This document shows, one piece after another, positions 1 to 13,618 of a stretch of DNA of 64,000 bases. This stretch comes from Octopus vulgaris (Eukaryota). The stretch's first letter is position 1; each line of letters opens with the position of its first letter. Under the pieces are notes generated by a model. That model saw nothing but the letters and a program-made list of their open reading frames with translations. It made no database searches and was not told the origin of the DNA. The translations under genes and the position numbers were made by a program. Where the stretch lies: the NCBI GenBank assembly GCA_951406725.2, contig OX597821.1:54064001-54128000 (forward strand). Direction: 5' to 3'.

Positions 1-689
1 CATGTGGTATGATGATTATGGAATTTTCAGGAGAGAGAATGAGACTGATTTCACACTACCTTCCTTAAAGTATTGTCACTAGACACCATTACATTAATCA
101 TATGTATCTGAAGGAGGAGGAGGAGGACAACACAAGTGTCTCAGTACTTGATATCTTTTTCTAGACTTCAAAAAGAGGAAATTCATAATTGATTTTCATA
201 TGATTTGAACTTAGAGCAGAGGAACCAAAACATATTCTACTGGGATTCTCTCCAACACTGTTTGTTTTACCAGTTTACCACCTTCAACTTTTCCCTGAAA
301 TAATACTTATATCTCACTATTTTAACATGGATTATATACATCTAATTAAACATAGCATTCTCTTTACCAGTTGAACCAATACCTCCTCATATCTTACTGC
401 TTGGGGAAATAATGACGCATTATTCAGTATTATATAGTCTGGACATTAAATAATACCAAAAAAATTTATTCTTCAAACTACTACACTTGGCAAACATTTT
501 GCATGTTTCTCTGTTCCCATTAAGCCAATCCCATTACTCCATACATCTACATATGCATGCAGGTAAGCACATACATACGTGCGTGTGTATGTGTGTGAGG
601 TATTTATGTATATGTGTATGTATGTCAGTATGTATATCTCTCTGTGTGTATTCAATGTACAGCTGTATAGAAAAGTGAATTCAAAATTC

Positions 690-691
<2 letters not shown>

Positions 692-740
<49 letters not shown>

Positions 741-750
741 CATCATCATT
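692..750. repeat. (TTA)n/(CAT)n microsatellite
   Basis: Direct read: long ttattatta run grading into catcatcat; explains the poly-Y ORF 579-803. Confidence 0.95.
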
Positions 751-1231
751 ATATATTTATATTCACCATGTGTGTGTGTGTGTATGTGTGTGTACATATA
801 TAATAAAATACGATTATTATTTCTAGGAAATACTGAAAATGCAGCTGTCTCTGTCATTTCTTCAGCACAATAAACTCTGATGCAGCAACATTTCTACAGT
901 TCTACATTATACCTTGTGTTGCTACAATTATATTCCACCAAACTCACTTTTCGTTGAAACTAAGCTATTTGAAAGAATGAAAAGAAACATATATTATATT
1001 TTCATATGTGCATGTATAAATGCACACAAACATATACGTTCTATATACACACTTAGAGAAACAGGAGGTGTGTGATTGCTGATTTCACAATGACTTCAAA
1101 CTACTAGATTGTCACAAGACAAGTGCAAACAACACACACTATACTATTGGCATTATCATAGTGCTAACATCGTTCATCATGACCTTGTCATTACCACTAT
1201 AGCAATAAGCCATATCAAATAGTCAGATATA

Positions 1232-1659
1232 TCTTTTATTTGCTTCAGTTACTGGACTGCAGCTATGCTGGGGACATCATCTTGAATACTGGGGTGAAAG
1301 AAATTGAATACTGGGGGTCAAACGAATTGATCCCTGTATTTAACATTTTAAGTCTGGTACTTATTTAGTTGGTCTCTGTTGCTAAACTTGCTAAGCTAAA
1401 GGGAGATAAACAAACCAACACCTGTTCTCAAACCTTGGCGCAGGACATATGCAACATAAAGACCAACAAACAGACCCACAGCACACACACACACACACAC
1501 ACGATGGGTTTCTTTCAGTTTCTGTTCACAAAAACACAAAATCCACTCACAAGACTTTGGTCAGCCTGGGTCTATGCCCAAGGTGTTGCACAGTTGAACT
1601 GAACTCAAGATGGCAAGATTAGTAAGCAAGCTTCTCAACTTCACAGCCATGCCAGCACC
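1232..1659 (-). mobile_element. CORE-type tRNA-derived SINE (family A), diverged full-length copy
   Basis: Reverse-complement match to the copies at 50965 and 57611: tail (ttgcttcagttactggactgcagc), internal (CA)n, and head (aagcaagcttctcaacttcacagccatgcc). Contains a 23-bp internal tandem duplication at 1282-1328. Confidence 0.8.
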
Positions 1660-2265
1660 TATATAACTGACATACAACTAATATAGAACTGAGATAATTC
1701 TAATAATTATTGACCCTACAAATGTACATTATTCTATATCAACATAGTGATTCTGTCATTAATTGAGGCACTCCAATAAGACTGAGATATTTCTAATATT
1801 GTGTTTGCCCCACCTCCTATACATAGCAAGGTCTTTTAAATAACATTATTTACTGAGCTATTGTCCTTATCTTCTTAAGTTTTCTTCTCTTCATAGCAAT
1901 ACATGGTGATTCCTCTATTTGTTTCAATGATGAGCATTCAATTGTTAAATGATTTTTCTGTTTGGGGAAATTATCGTGTAAGTGGCTGAGTATTCCACTG
2001 TCATGAATATCTTTAATGTAATTCCCAGGTAGAATCAGTGAGATGTTATGTGAAAAAGATGAACCTTTGAATTACAGGTGAAAGAGAGATACAGAGAGAG
2101 AACTGATCTTAGTAATGCAGTGCTGCTTACATTTTGAACTCTCAAAACGAAGAAATTGCTATAAACAGGATTTGAAGTCAAAATGAGGTGAAATGGGACA
2201 AATACTACAAGGTGTTCTACTCAATGGTCCAAGAATTCTAACACTATGTCAACTGACTACATTAA

Positions 2266-2486
2266 CCCTTTTGTTACTGTATTTATTTTGAGATGCTTCT
2301 GTGTTTCTTTCAATTACTTTAAATAAAACAAAGAATTTTGTAAAATAACTTAGTTATCATTCAGCTAGTGCTAGGAACATAAATTGTGACTAAGGTTTAT
2401 TGGAAGATTTTAATTCAAAACTTATGAAAACAAGATATTTGTACTCAGAGCCAGAGCCAGTTTCAGCTGGGTTGGTAATGAAAGGG
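2266..2486. mobile_element. piggyBac-type MITE
   Basis: TTAA on both sides; TIRs ccctttTgttac / gtaatgaaaggg. Confidence 0.8.
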
Positions 2487-2794
2487 TTAAATATGATAGA
2501 ACTAACTAAACTTTTAATTTAGTTAGGTAGAATAAGTCATGTGAAATGTGAGTTAAAACTATGTGAATTGTGCCTGCTTTGTTTACTTATCATTTACCAT
2601 CACACACCAGCACTTACTACAGCTCAATATGGTGTTGTGTGTATTGTTGTTGCTGCTGTGTGTTGTCATTGTTGTTGTTCTTGTTTAGTCTCAAGTCAGC
2701 CCTGACCAACCAATCCTACAAGACAATTTACTATATACTCAGTATTCTATCACAAATTTCTGTTGCACTGTATAAAATATATGTGCAATATTAA

Positions 2795-3011
2795 CTCTTT
2801 AACTGCAAAATTAGATTTCATAGTTAATCCAGTAATTATGTGAAATATCTACCAAAAAATCAGTATTTTCTGCAAGTCATGTTATCTCAATAAAAAATAG
2901 TTCCAAACATGACATTCCTCAACGAAAGATGGATTAATATATAAATCTACTTTCCACAGATCAGGGTAATGAAATTTTGAGTGGATACATCTGATTTCCA
3001 CAGTAAAAGGG
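2795..3011. mobile_element. piggyBac-type MITE (second family)
   Basis: ttaa|ctctttaactgcaaaattagat ... atctgatttccacagtaaaaggg|ttaa: imperfect TIRs with TTAA TSD. Confidence 0.7.
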
Positions 3012-4573
3012 TTAATGTTTTTAGTGCATTTTTACATTCTGATTTCAAATTCTGCAAAAGTCATGCTGCTCTGTAATCTTCTAGGGTCAATAAATTGAGT
3101 ACAAGTAATATTCAATGATCTGTAAAATTTCTTCTCTAACTGTATAACCCTGTGCCAGTGTTACTAATCATTATTCTTGTTGTTTAAACCCTGGCAAGTT
3201 CAGACTGAACAAAATTATAATTAATGTTAACCCTGCTATGATCAGTTTGAGTTGTATAATTTTAAGTATAACGCCTCAATAATCAATCATAAAGACTATA
3301 ATTATTTTTAATGTGTCTGTAATTATTGGTAATGTTTGATTTAATGTCTTAATTATTCATAATGTCAGTAGCATATGGTTTAAGAGTGGTTTCGTTGCTA
3401 TTTCTAGCTGCCTGAGTGACCATGTACAGGCTCTTACCTACTTTACTCAGTATTTGTTAGTTATTTCTTAGCTCTAAGTCAAATCATATCAAGCAGACAA
3501 ATAATTAAAGAATTTTTTAGCCAAGACCATACAGTCATTTGGAATGCCAAGGCAATAAGCTGGATATTATTTGGGGAAAGAGTGTCCCATATGCTCCCAG
3601 AATAATTGCTACCTGGTCTTTGAAACTGGAGTCAAAAGTAGTGAAGAAATTATACTCAGGTGCTCAGATCAGAGATCTTCCCTACAACAACCAGGTGATG
3701 TTAAACTGAAAGATGGGTTAAGCATACCATCATCAAAGACAGTCTATCTGAAGGGTTCCTCTCCTCAAAAGATTTCATGTGGTCAGACCAATCTTTAGAT
3801 CACATGATTTCAAAGGAAATTTCTCAGTCACACAGCTATTCTTGCTTAAGTTTCATCTTTGAAAATGAAGATAGTGTTGCAAATATCATTTCACAGAGAT
3901 TTATTTATATGCTGCGCTGGTAACATAAACTGCAACTATGCAAATTTTCGAATTTCAGTACTGTGTTATACATATAAAGATACATACATATTGATATGAA
4001 TGTGTCAATGATATTCTTAATACTTAAAGACACATACATACTAAATACAAACGTACCATTGGAATTTTATACACATTAGGATACATGCAGTGCAAATATT
4101 GATATTTCAATGCTATTCTGTACACATAAAGATGCAGACACACAGACAAAATTAGCATTTAGATTTCATCCTCAACTTTGTTTGACAGTTAACCAGATTT
4201 CATTCATAATTTTATTTTTTATTTTTCCTTTTACTTAATCAAAACAAATTTTATCATCATTTGACTTATTCCTGAAATATTTTTATTTAATTTGTTGTTG
4301 TTGTTATTTAAATTATTTTTCACACTTAGGCAATATCATGACATGTTATTTAAATATTCAATTTGAGTTTACCACTGATTCAATATGATGAATATTTTTT
4401 TTTTTTTGCGAAAAGAGTTTTAATGATAATTAATTAATATAGTTTTAAGAACTTCTGTTGTTTCTCTTTACATTTTTAATTAAACATTTATTTGCTTACT
4501 TACAATTTTTTGGTATTTTTAAAAACTTGTGTGTGCACATCTCTCTCTCACTCTCACTCTCTCACTCTCACTC

Positions 4574-4608
<35 letters not shown>

Positions 4609-5807
4609 CAGATATTATTTTACACCATCTCAGTTACATTCCATGTTAATACATACACTCTTGAAAGTTACAACATTTGCATTAATTGTCAAAGCAATTT
4701 TTTTTTTTCTAAAATATTCTTCATTCCTCTCTTCAAAAATGTTAAAAGCCACTTGAAAGTTAAACTCCTGAATCATGAAGTGTTATCACTTCTGTAGTGA
4801 AATTACTTTTTAAAGTTAGTTACAGTTATGGTGATTCATTCTTTTTCTTAATCTTACATCAACATTCTGACATTCCCCATTCATAGCATGACTTCGTTGC
4901 ATGTTCGGCATATGGTTGTCCATGAGGAATATCAGTCACATTCATCTCTTTGGGGTCTCCAAAGGTAATTAACAGAACCCATTCTTCCAGATCAAATCGT
5001 ATAAGAAAAATAAACAAATAAATAAATGAGTCATTTATTCATTAGAGATATTTAGCATCAATTATTTATACTTCAATTTTTAAAAATTTACCTTTAAGAC
5101 TTCATTGAAATTGCTTAACAAGTAATTTTCATCAATTATGAAGACATTATTTCATATTTTACCATACAACTTCAAAATGACTGATCTGATGTTAAAGCAT
5201 TAATGTATAGGTATCTATGTAGATATTTAATCTCTCAGAAATAGCAGCTAAGTGTCCCTCAGATTTAATACCAACATCTGTAAAAGGAAGAGGCATAGTT
5301 TATCTACAATTTTCAATTCAGGACACACTGTGTAATGTGGTAAAAATGTGATCACGATCATTTTTTCCTAAACATTGAAGGAAATATGTAATGCTGCTAC
5401 TGCTTCTCAAAATTGCCCCAAAGAACTGAATTCAATTGCTGATTCAGTGAGGTCATCGTAAAGGGCATATTGCCATTTTGTATCTCACACAAATCACAAT
5501 ATAAATGCTGCTAATGATGACATTCCTCTTTACACATATTTCCTCACTAATATGATCAACAATTGCAAGCATTCCCTTCTGAATTCTATTACACACTATA
5601 AATTATATCTTTCAACCCATTCAAAATACAGGAAATTCTACAAAAAACAAATACATGATTATATATTTCAATCTCATGAATTTTACTTCAGGACTGAATG
5701 ATGAACAATTTTCTCAGGTTTTGCTAAATATTAACCTTGCAGAAATATTCTTCCTATATAAAAATGTTTATCAGCCAACAATAAAATACGACTCATTTTT
5801 TTTCTAT

Positions 5808-6005
5808 ATGCTGGTACCATGTAAAAAGCCCCCAGCACACTCAGTAAAGTGGTTGGCATTAGAGAAGGCACCCAGCCAAGCCAAACTGGCCCAGAATCTA
5901 GTACAATTCTCCGGCTTGTCAGCTCTTGTTAAACTGTTCAACCTATGCCGGCATGGAAAACAGACATTAAATGACGATGATGATGATGATGATGAGAATG
6001 ACGAG
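5808..6005 (+). mobile_element. RTE-tailed repeat (family B) 3' end
   Basis: gctggtaccatgtaaaaagc...ttggcattagagaaggcaccc...gcatggaaaacagacattaaatgacgatgatgatg; same tail as copies at 27071 and 33240. Confidence 0.8.
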
Positions 6006-7019
6006 TGACACATTTAAATGAAATTTTAAATGATTGATCATATTGATATATTTTCATGAAAATATTTTGATTATCTTTTGAGAACCTGACAAAGGTTGAT
6101 TTCTTTTTAGTAAAATATTAAACCTCAGAAATTTTAAAATAAAGGTTCATTTTCCTTGTTTATTTTTCTACATGAATACTTCCATATGAATTGCCTGAGA
6201 GAAGAACAAGGTGCTTACAGCTGGAAAGCTTTTCATCAGAGTTCTGTTTGATAATGTTTGATCTGAGGTTAAAGAACAATATGAAAACAATTTGGTATCC
6301 AATTTACAGCTGACTTAAGCAAAAACAGCAAAGCAATTTTGCCTAAAGATGCAAATCATTAAATTTCCAATATAATTCCCAATCTCCTTAAACTCATGAC
6401 AATTTTGATCAGGAAACACTTGTACTTACATTTGTGATTGCTAACAATTTGATTCATATATTATTAACCTTTCATCTGCTAATGTTTTACCATAGAACAC
6501 ATGCTTTTTCTTCAAGTTTTCACTTAATTGATATTTTCTTGCTGTCACATTATTATTATAACAGTTATCTGCCCTTGCCTATCATGTGTAGATATAACCA
6601 TTGACTCAGTGCTTCTCACCAAAAGAGCGTCCTGATGAAAGTATTCCAGCTAATCTCTCTTGGTGTATTAGTGCTGATGGCATAATGACAAACAGCTCCT
6701 TGTTTTATAAGACTAAGGCAGTGTTTTAATTTACATCCAAGCATCTTAACAAAAAAAGGTCCATCAGTATTTTATGTCTTGGATAAGACTGTTTTATTGA
6801 TTTCGTTCCATCAAAATAATTATCTTTAACACATCATATATCATAACTGAATAATTGATAGATTAGAAATATAACTAATTGTAAAAAATCTCACAGGCAT
6901 ACCCAAGCTTTTAGAATCAAAGAGACTTTGCCAACATCATTAAAAGAAAGTAAATTCTGAGGAGCCAATTCAGTTTATGGCAGATGCTTAGTTCAATTCC
7001 ATCTATCTGATATTTTCCT

Positions 7020-7330
7020 CCCACTGTTCCTAGGATGGTCGTGAAGGTAGAGTCCTCAGGCAACCCCTCTTTAGAGTCCTATCAGAAGCAACCATCACTA
7101 GACTCTCTGGCTGGATTCCCAATCATGAACAATTGAAACTATGGATAGTATCCAGAAATCTCACTCTTGGTCTACTTCTAAGTAACCTGCATGGCTTGAA
7201 AGATCCATCTTGCAATTCTTTCCTGTAATATTCTAATCACATCTGTAATAACCCATCAATGTATAGCAGAAGGTGATTATGTTCGCATTTTCTGCTTGTT
7301 TAAGGCAAATCTACTCAATATTCCAAGAGA
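7020..7330 (-). mobile_element. Ancient LINE (RTE-like) C-terminal fragment
   Basis: Minus strand reads ELQDGSFKP...RSRPRVRFLDTI...VASDR, resembling the RTE C-terminal G.R.RGRPR.RW.D...A.DR motif; heavily degraded. Confidence 0.4.
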
Positions 7331-7624
7331 TATTTATTTATAGTTTCATTTGAATTTGAGCTTCTGTAAAAAAACTTGTTTGAAAAATGAAAATTGTTTT
7401 TTTTTTCTCACATGTGTTCAGTTTGGGATTAAGAAAAAACAGGATATCTCATGCATCCACTCTCTAAAACTCAGTGTAGTATAAGAGAAATGTTATTTCT
7501 GGTTGCTCTGTGAAAGTAGTTAGTATCACTTTCTAAATATATTGACATATTTCTTTTCTTCGTCATCATAGCATTATCTCATAATAAATTAAAGAACATT
7601 TGGATTAATAACAGTTAGGTATTC

Positions 7625-7990
7625 AGACAGGAGTGGCTGTGTGGTAAGAAGCTTGCTTCCCAAACACATGGTTCTGGGTTCAGTCCCACATTGTTGCACC
7701 TTGGGTAAGTGTCTTCTATTATAGCTTTGTGCCTTGTGAGTAGATTTAGTAGATGAAAATTAAAAGAAGCCTGTCATGTGTGTGTCTGTGTTTGTCCCCT
7801 GCCACAGCTTGACAACTGGTGTTGGTGTGTTGACATCCCTGCAACTTGGAAGTTCAGTGAAAGGGACCAATAGAATAAGTAGCAGGATTTAAAAAAAAAA
7901 AAAAAAACAGACTGGGACTGATTCATTCATCTAAAATTCTTCAAAGCAGTGTCCCAGCATGGCTGCAGTCTAATGACTGAAACAAGTAAA
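7625..7990 (+). mobile_element. CORE-type SINE (family A)
   Basis: Head ggagtggctgtgtggtaagaagcttgc, B-box-like ggttcagtccc, CORE-like gcaccttgggtaagtgtcttcta, tail cagcatggctgcagtctaatgactgaaacaagtaaa. Confidence 0.85.
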
Positions 7991-8359
7991 CTTGTAAACA
8001 GAGATATCTACTACATTCTTCACTGTTTTACATCAGACAACAAAGGGCAGTAACTCATCCTTATAAACATATCACAACTGTCATTATGCTTATTCCCTGT
8101 ATCATAATTATGACCAACATTACTCTAGTCACTAGACAGCAGATAGGAGAGCAAGTACAAGAGCTGACAGGGATGACAGAGGCAATAGAACAGCAGCCCA
8201 GATACCTTACAGTATTTAGTTAGACTGTTTAACATTTTGAGTTTTTATTAAATAAACATAGCAGTCAAGGCCTGGAGGCAAGGTATTTGTTTGTATATCC
8301 TCTTGAATATACACAAAACATATACACATATTCATATACCTACCTGTCTCTCCCACACC

Positions 8360-8409
8360 CTGTGAGTGTGTATGTGCACGTGTGTACGTATGTATTTATA
8401 TCTATCTGT

Positions 8410-8458
<49 letters not shown>

Positions 8459-8721
8459 ATCTATATATATATATATATAAATGCATGTATGTATGTATAT
8501 ATGTATGTGTATGTATAATGTATATATATAAATATTCGTATGTGTATGCATGTATGTGTATGTATGTATGTATGTATATATATATATATGTGTGTGTGTA
8601 TATATATATATATGTATGTATGTGTATGTATATATGTATATATATAAATGTTTGTGTGTGTATGCATGTATGTGTAGGTATGTATATATATGTGTGTATG
8701 TGTGTGTGTGTGTGTATATAT
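8360..8721. repeat. Compound (TCTA)n/(TA)n/(TG)n microsatellite
   Basis: Direct read. Confidence 0.95.
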
Positions 8722-8927
8722 AACTTATAAACAAGGGCAAAAGAAAAAAAATTCTAATGCCAAATATGCCGAAAATCGACTTAAATCATCAATAACCATA
8801 TAATTCATCACTATAAGCACGTGTCTCGAAATTATAGTGATGAATTATATGGTTATTGACGATTTAAGTCGATTTTCGGCATATTTGACATTAGAATTTT
8901 TTTTTCTTTCACCCTTGTTTATAAGTT
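8722..8927. repeat. Long near-perfect inverted repeat (about 95-bp arms, 15-nt loop), probable Penelope inverted pLTR
   Basis: 8722-8816 is the reverse complement of 8832-8927 with about 4 substitutions and 1 indel; loop gcacgtgtctcgaaa; embedded in (TA)n. Confidence 0.9.
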
Positions 8928-9059
8928 GTTTATAAATTTAACCTTTAAAGGTATTTTTTAACATGCTGGCCATTGATAGAATTTTTTTCAAAAACTTTTA
9001 TCCTTTATTAGATGTGTATATATATGTATATATGTATTTATGTATGATATATATATTAT

Positions 9060-10138
9060 AAAATTAATGTGGGCAGCTGGGCGCAATATAAACCATATAA
9101 GCAAAATTTAGTTTTCTCTAAATATATGTGCTACAAGCATATATGTTGCTAGAAGTAAGAGTTAAACCACTTTATATGCTTACTACATCACCAATATTGA
9201 GACAATTAAAGAAGTAGTAATTACGCACTGTGTCATCAATATTTAGTTGGCTCTTTAAATTCTTGGTGATGGAACTGTCTGATTAAACATGTAAATGTTA
9301 GTACTTGTAGTTTTATTATCTTTTAAACAGTTTTAATTAGCTTTAAACATAGCAAGGTTTATGATAATAGTTCATTACAAATACATTTATTAGTTCCTAT
9401 TTAATGAAATTTAATGTTTATACTAGTTACTGGTAATTTAATATTACAGCTTGTGGTGGTAATATTTTAATGAGTATATAGTGTTTTATTTTTAACTTTT
9501 GAATGATGGAATAATGTATTTCACTCATAAAAATATTCGTTAAATTAATTTCAATCATGCTTGTTTTGTTTTGGAGAGATTTATATAAAGCTTTGGCTTT
9601 CATTATAATAGCATCTATGGAAGACTGGTGGGATTATTATTTGCATTGGTCACAATTTAGTTTATAATTTAGTTATTGCAATTTAACATTAATACCAATA
9701 CAATGTACATAGGTTTATATGCTTCTTTGTTGTAGTTTTATTAAAGTTAGTGTTTAATCCTGCCTATATATTTATTGATTGAAATAATGTAGTTATTAAG
9801 CTTTTACTTTTATATCATACTATGGAAGAACATAGGGATTATAATTTTTGCATGAATTAATAGATTTATTGCTGTTTAGTTATGTATTCAGGAGTGGTTG
9901 TAATTTACTTACTGAATTTATTTATCGATATGGCTGTACATAGGGGAAATGTGTTTGAAAGTTGTGGTTTCTTTGGTATGTTTGTTCCTAAACAACACTT
10001 ATGTTAGTGCTGTTGTCACCACCGGATTGAATGGTACTGCCCAGGTGTCAAAATCATAATGATATCCAAGGGGCAGTTGATGATGGAGATATGTTGGATT
10101 GTTGGTATGGTTGTGGAATAGTATTATAACACATCCTT
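9060..10138 (-). mobile_element. Highly degraded Penelope-like element 3' part
   Basis: Minus strand shows FPYVQP (about 9935-9950) and KYIGRIKH (about 9750-9775; GIY-YIG YIG-like motif). Bounded by (TA)n on both sides; possible decayed hammerhead at about 9135-9195. Confidence 0.45.
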
Positions 10139-10139
10139 T

Positions 10140-10173
<34 letters not shown>

Positions 10174-10349
10174 GCACACACTTAATCCATAACTGTGAAT
10201 CCAGCCGAATATATTCTGATGGCTTCAAACTTATGAACTGAATGTTTGAACACTCACATTCCTGCCTGTGAGTTTTTATTCTGATTGCAGTGATCATTTT
10301 TCTATGAAAAATTATACAGACATACATGTATATGTATATTTATGTATGC

Positions 10350-10380
<31 letters not shown>

Positions 10381-10383
<3 letters not shown>

Positions 10384-11246
10384 GATGCAATAAGTAAATT
10401 GTAATAATTTCATATTTTCAATTTCGCATGTACACATTGTTTGGTTTTGATTTTGACCCTAGTTAGGATTAGTTAGGCACTGTGAGAAAAACAGCATAAT
10501 GGTGCTATTCACTCTGCTAGAAATTTTGAAACGACACACAGCACTGCTTAGCATTTGAACCAGAAGCTCTAATACGAACATTTCAGAGTGTTTGGGTGTC
10601 ATTCTGAGGGCAAGTACTGAGAGTGATGTGATAAAAATCAAATATCTAGTCAACATCAGGGTGTTTGGAGTGATCACTAGTTTTGGCAATGTTATGCCTC
10701 GATTCATCTTCCCACACGGCCTCAGACTCAATATGAAGACCTACATCAAGTTCCTGGAGGAGGTAGTGTTGCCCTGGGTTACGAGGTTGGTTGCTGGAAG
10801 ACCCTATGTTTAGCAACAAGACTCTGCACCAGGCCACACAAGCTGAAGAACCCAGTCGTGGCTGTCAGACAATTTCTGCAACCACATCAACGATAACATC
10901 TGGCCACCTAACTCCCTAGACTGCAACCTCCCTTGAATATTATGTGTGGGGTGAAGCTGAGTGACCGACTAACAAAACTCCTTGTAAAACCAAAGATGAA
11001 CTGAAGGCAAGGATTATGGCAGCATTCACCAACTTAAACAAGAGGACCATCCAGAAGAGTTGCAGGAGAGTCCGAAGTCACCTGGAGTCCATGGTTGAAG
11101 TCATTGGCGATTTTATTGAATAAATCTATTCTTTAGCATTTCAAGATAATTCTATGTAATTTTGGTAAATATATCTGTTAAAATGAGATGTCAGTGTTAT
11201 TTTCATTTTTGTGTAATTTAGACAACTGTTTATTCACTTCACCCTG
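10381..11246 (+). mobile_element. Internally deleted Tc1/mariner DD37D (maT-like) transposon
   Basis: Imperfect TIRs caggatgcaataagtaaa / tttattcacttcaccctg in TA runs. Transposase relic ..RPYV*QQDSAPGHTS*RTQSWLSDNF...IWPPNSLDCN..YYVWG; 37 residues separate QQD from the expected third acidic residue. Confidence 0.85.
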
Positions 11247-11250
11247 CATT

Positions 11251-11319
<69 letters not shown>

Positions 11320-11417
11320 TACGTATTCACATAAATGTATAAATACACACACTCATATATATATACATACATATATACACATGTTATAATGCATGCATAT
11401 ATATAAACGCACACATA

Positions 11418-12029
11418 TCATCATCATCCATTATCATAATCATCATTAATGTCTGTTTTCCACGCAGGCATAGATTGGACAGTGTGACAGGAGCTGGCAA
11501 GCCACAGCGCTTCCCAGGCTTTTTTGTCTGTTGTGACATGGTTTCTACAGCTAGATGCCCTTCCTCACACTAACCACTTTACAGAGTGTTCTGGTTTTTC
11601 TCATGTGACACAAGCATAGCTACTTTTTACATGGCAGCAGCATGAGTGCTTTTCGAATGCCTTCTATGTGGCTCCAGGATCAGTGCTTTTTGTGTTGTGC
11701 TGGTGTGAGTGGGCTCCATGTAGCCCTGACAAGAAAGCATTTTACATGGAAGAGATGCTTTTTATGTTGTGACAGCACAGGCAATAAATGACTTAACTGT
11801 ATGCATGTGTGGCCACAGTTTTCCTTAGCTTGTCATGTCTTTTCAAGCACAGCAAATTGCTGTGTCTTGGTCCTTCATCATTTTCTTAGTGAGGCCCAAC
11901 ATTTGAAGATCTTTCTACACCACTTCATCCCACGTTTACCTGGGTTTACTCCTTCCACAGATTCCTGCCACAATTAGAGATCTAAATTTCCTTATGCAGC
12001 TGTACTCATCTATCTGCATGTATGCATTC

Positions 12030-12030
<1 letters not shown>
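11418..12030 (-). mobile_element. RTE LINE 3' end (ORF C-terminus plus UTR)
   Basis: (CAT)n tail and family-B UTR; minus strand encodes ..CIRKFRSLIVAGICGRSKPR.TWDEVV, matching the RTE C-terminus at 22350. Confidence 0.8.
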
Positions 12031-12080
<50 letters not shown>

Positions 12081-13618
12081 CACATACATAAATACATACA
12101 TGTATAGATACACACACACACAAAATATTTGCAGTGCTATAAATTATCATTCAGAAAAGCTAGAAATCAATACATTTATCTCATGAATCAATACCTTTAT
12201 GGCCAACACAACAGATTGTCACAATTACAATCGTGAACATCAATATTATTGTTGTTATTATTATTTTGATGTTTATAACTAAAATCAATACTACCAAACA
12301 TTTGGCATTCTCCATTATCTCTATGATCACTTAAACAAGTGTAACATCATACATTCTCTTTCTCTCTCTCTCTTTCTCCCTCTTTTACAGTTATTCTCCA
12401 AAAGAAAATTGAATCTAATGATTTCTTTTTTTTTTTACTTTCTTTACTGTCTTTGAAGCAACAAGAAATCCTATCCTTTAAAAACAATCTAGAAAAAATT
12501 GGTTTCAAAGATAATGATGATGATGATGATGATAATGATATTGATAATAATGATGCTGTTAATGATGGCTCCATAGAAAGAACACCATCACTGAAGTTAA
12601 TTGGTCTGTATGCGAAGAACAGAAACCCACTGTTCCTTTAATGGCAACAGACATAAAGAGTTGAGTTCTTTTACAATAAATATTTAAATGTTTACATTTA
12701 AAATATGGCTTTTGGCCAAGAAATACTTTATTTATTTTGAATTTTTGCTTGAAGCAATGAAGAGTTGATTTTTTAAAATATTTCTTATAGCTAATAATGT
12801 CTTTGTTTTGATTTGATTTTCTTTCCACAGAAGTAGCTTAATGGTATAATATATGTAACAAATTTTTGTTTTTTGATTCTACATGTCTTAATCTTTCATT
12901 TTTTCAAAAGACTAAAGCACAGGTGCAGCTGAAGTAATCAACATATATTTAAATATCAATGAAATACAGTGTGTGTTAATATAAAAGGCCTAACAGTATT
13001 TGAATAACGCAGATAAATTATATTATATTCATTCATGAGTTAAAATAGATTTTGTGTCAAAAGCTACATCTTATGCACAAAATATTTTTATGAATTGTCC
13101 ATATTATTTTAGGATACAAAAGAAAACACATTGTAGAGTTTCTCAGTTGAACTGTTGAGATTAAAGAAGTTTTGTACTTAAATAAGGCTTTTGTATTTTT
13201 TTTTTTTTTGCGAGTCAAACAAAATATTTTTTTCTATTAGTAGATACTGCAGTAAACAATAGCATCAATCTCATTTTATACAGCAAATTTGTTTTATAAG
13301 ATGGTTTATAAATAATTTTATATTTCACTGATTTCTTTGCCTGTAGTTAATTTGTGATTAGAAAAGTTTTGAAATAAATATTTCATCATACATCTACATG
13401 AAGAACCTTTTGTGAAATTTGTACAAGACATTACTTTGATACATCAAGAGACAAAAATGTTACAGTTGTTTTATAAAAATTGTATAAATTCTTCATGATT
13501 TTCAAATTTAATTCAAACCAGGTATTTTATTTTCTAATGTAGTATAAAAGTAAATAATGTAGATGCTGTGTCTCATAAGCTATTAGCTTATAGAATCACA
13601 ACTGAAGACTTAAGCAAA

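Noticed and set aside
12453-12641. Acidic ORF after a polypyrimidine tract
   Set aside because: Core is a (GAT/AAT)n repeat; no homology or donor site evident.
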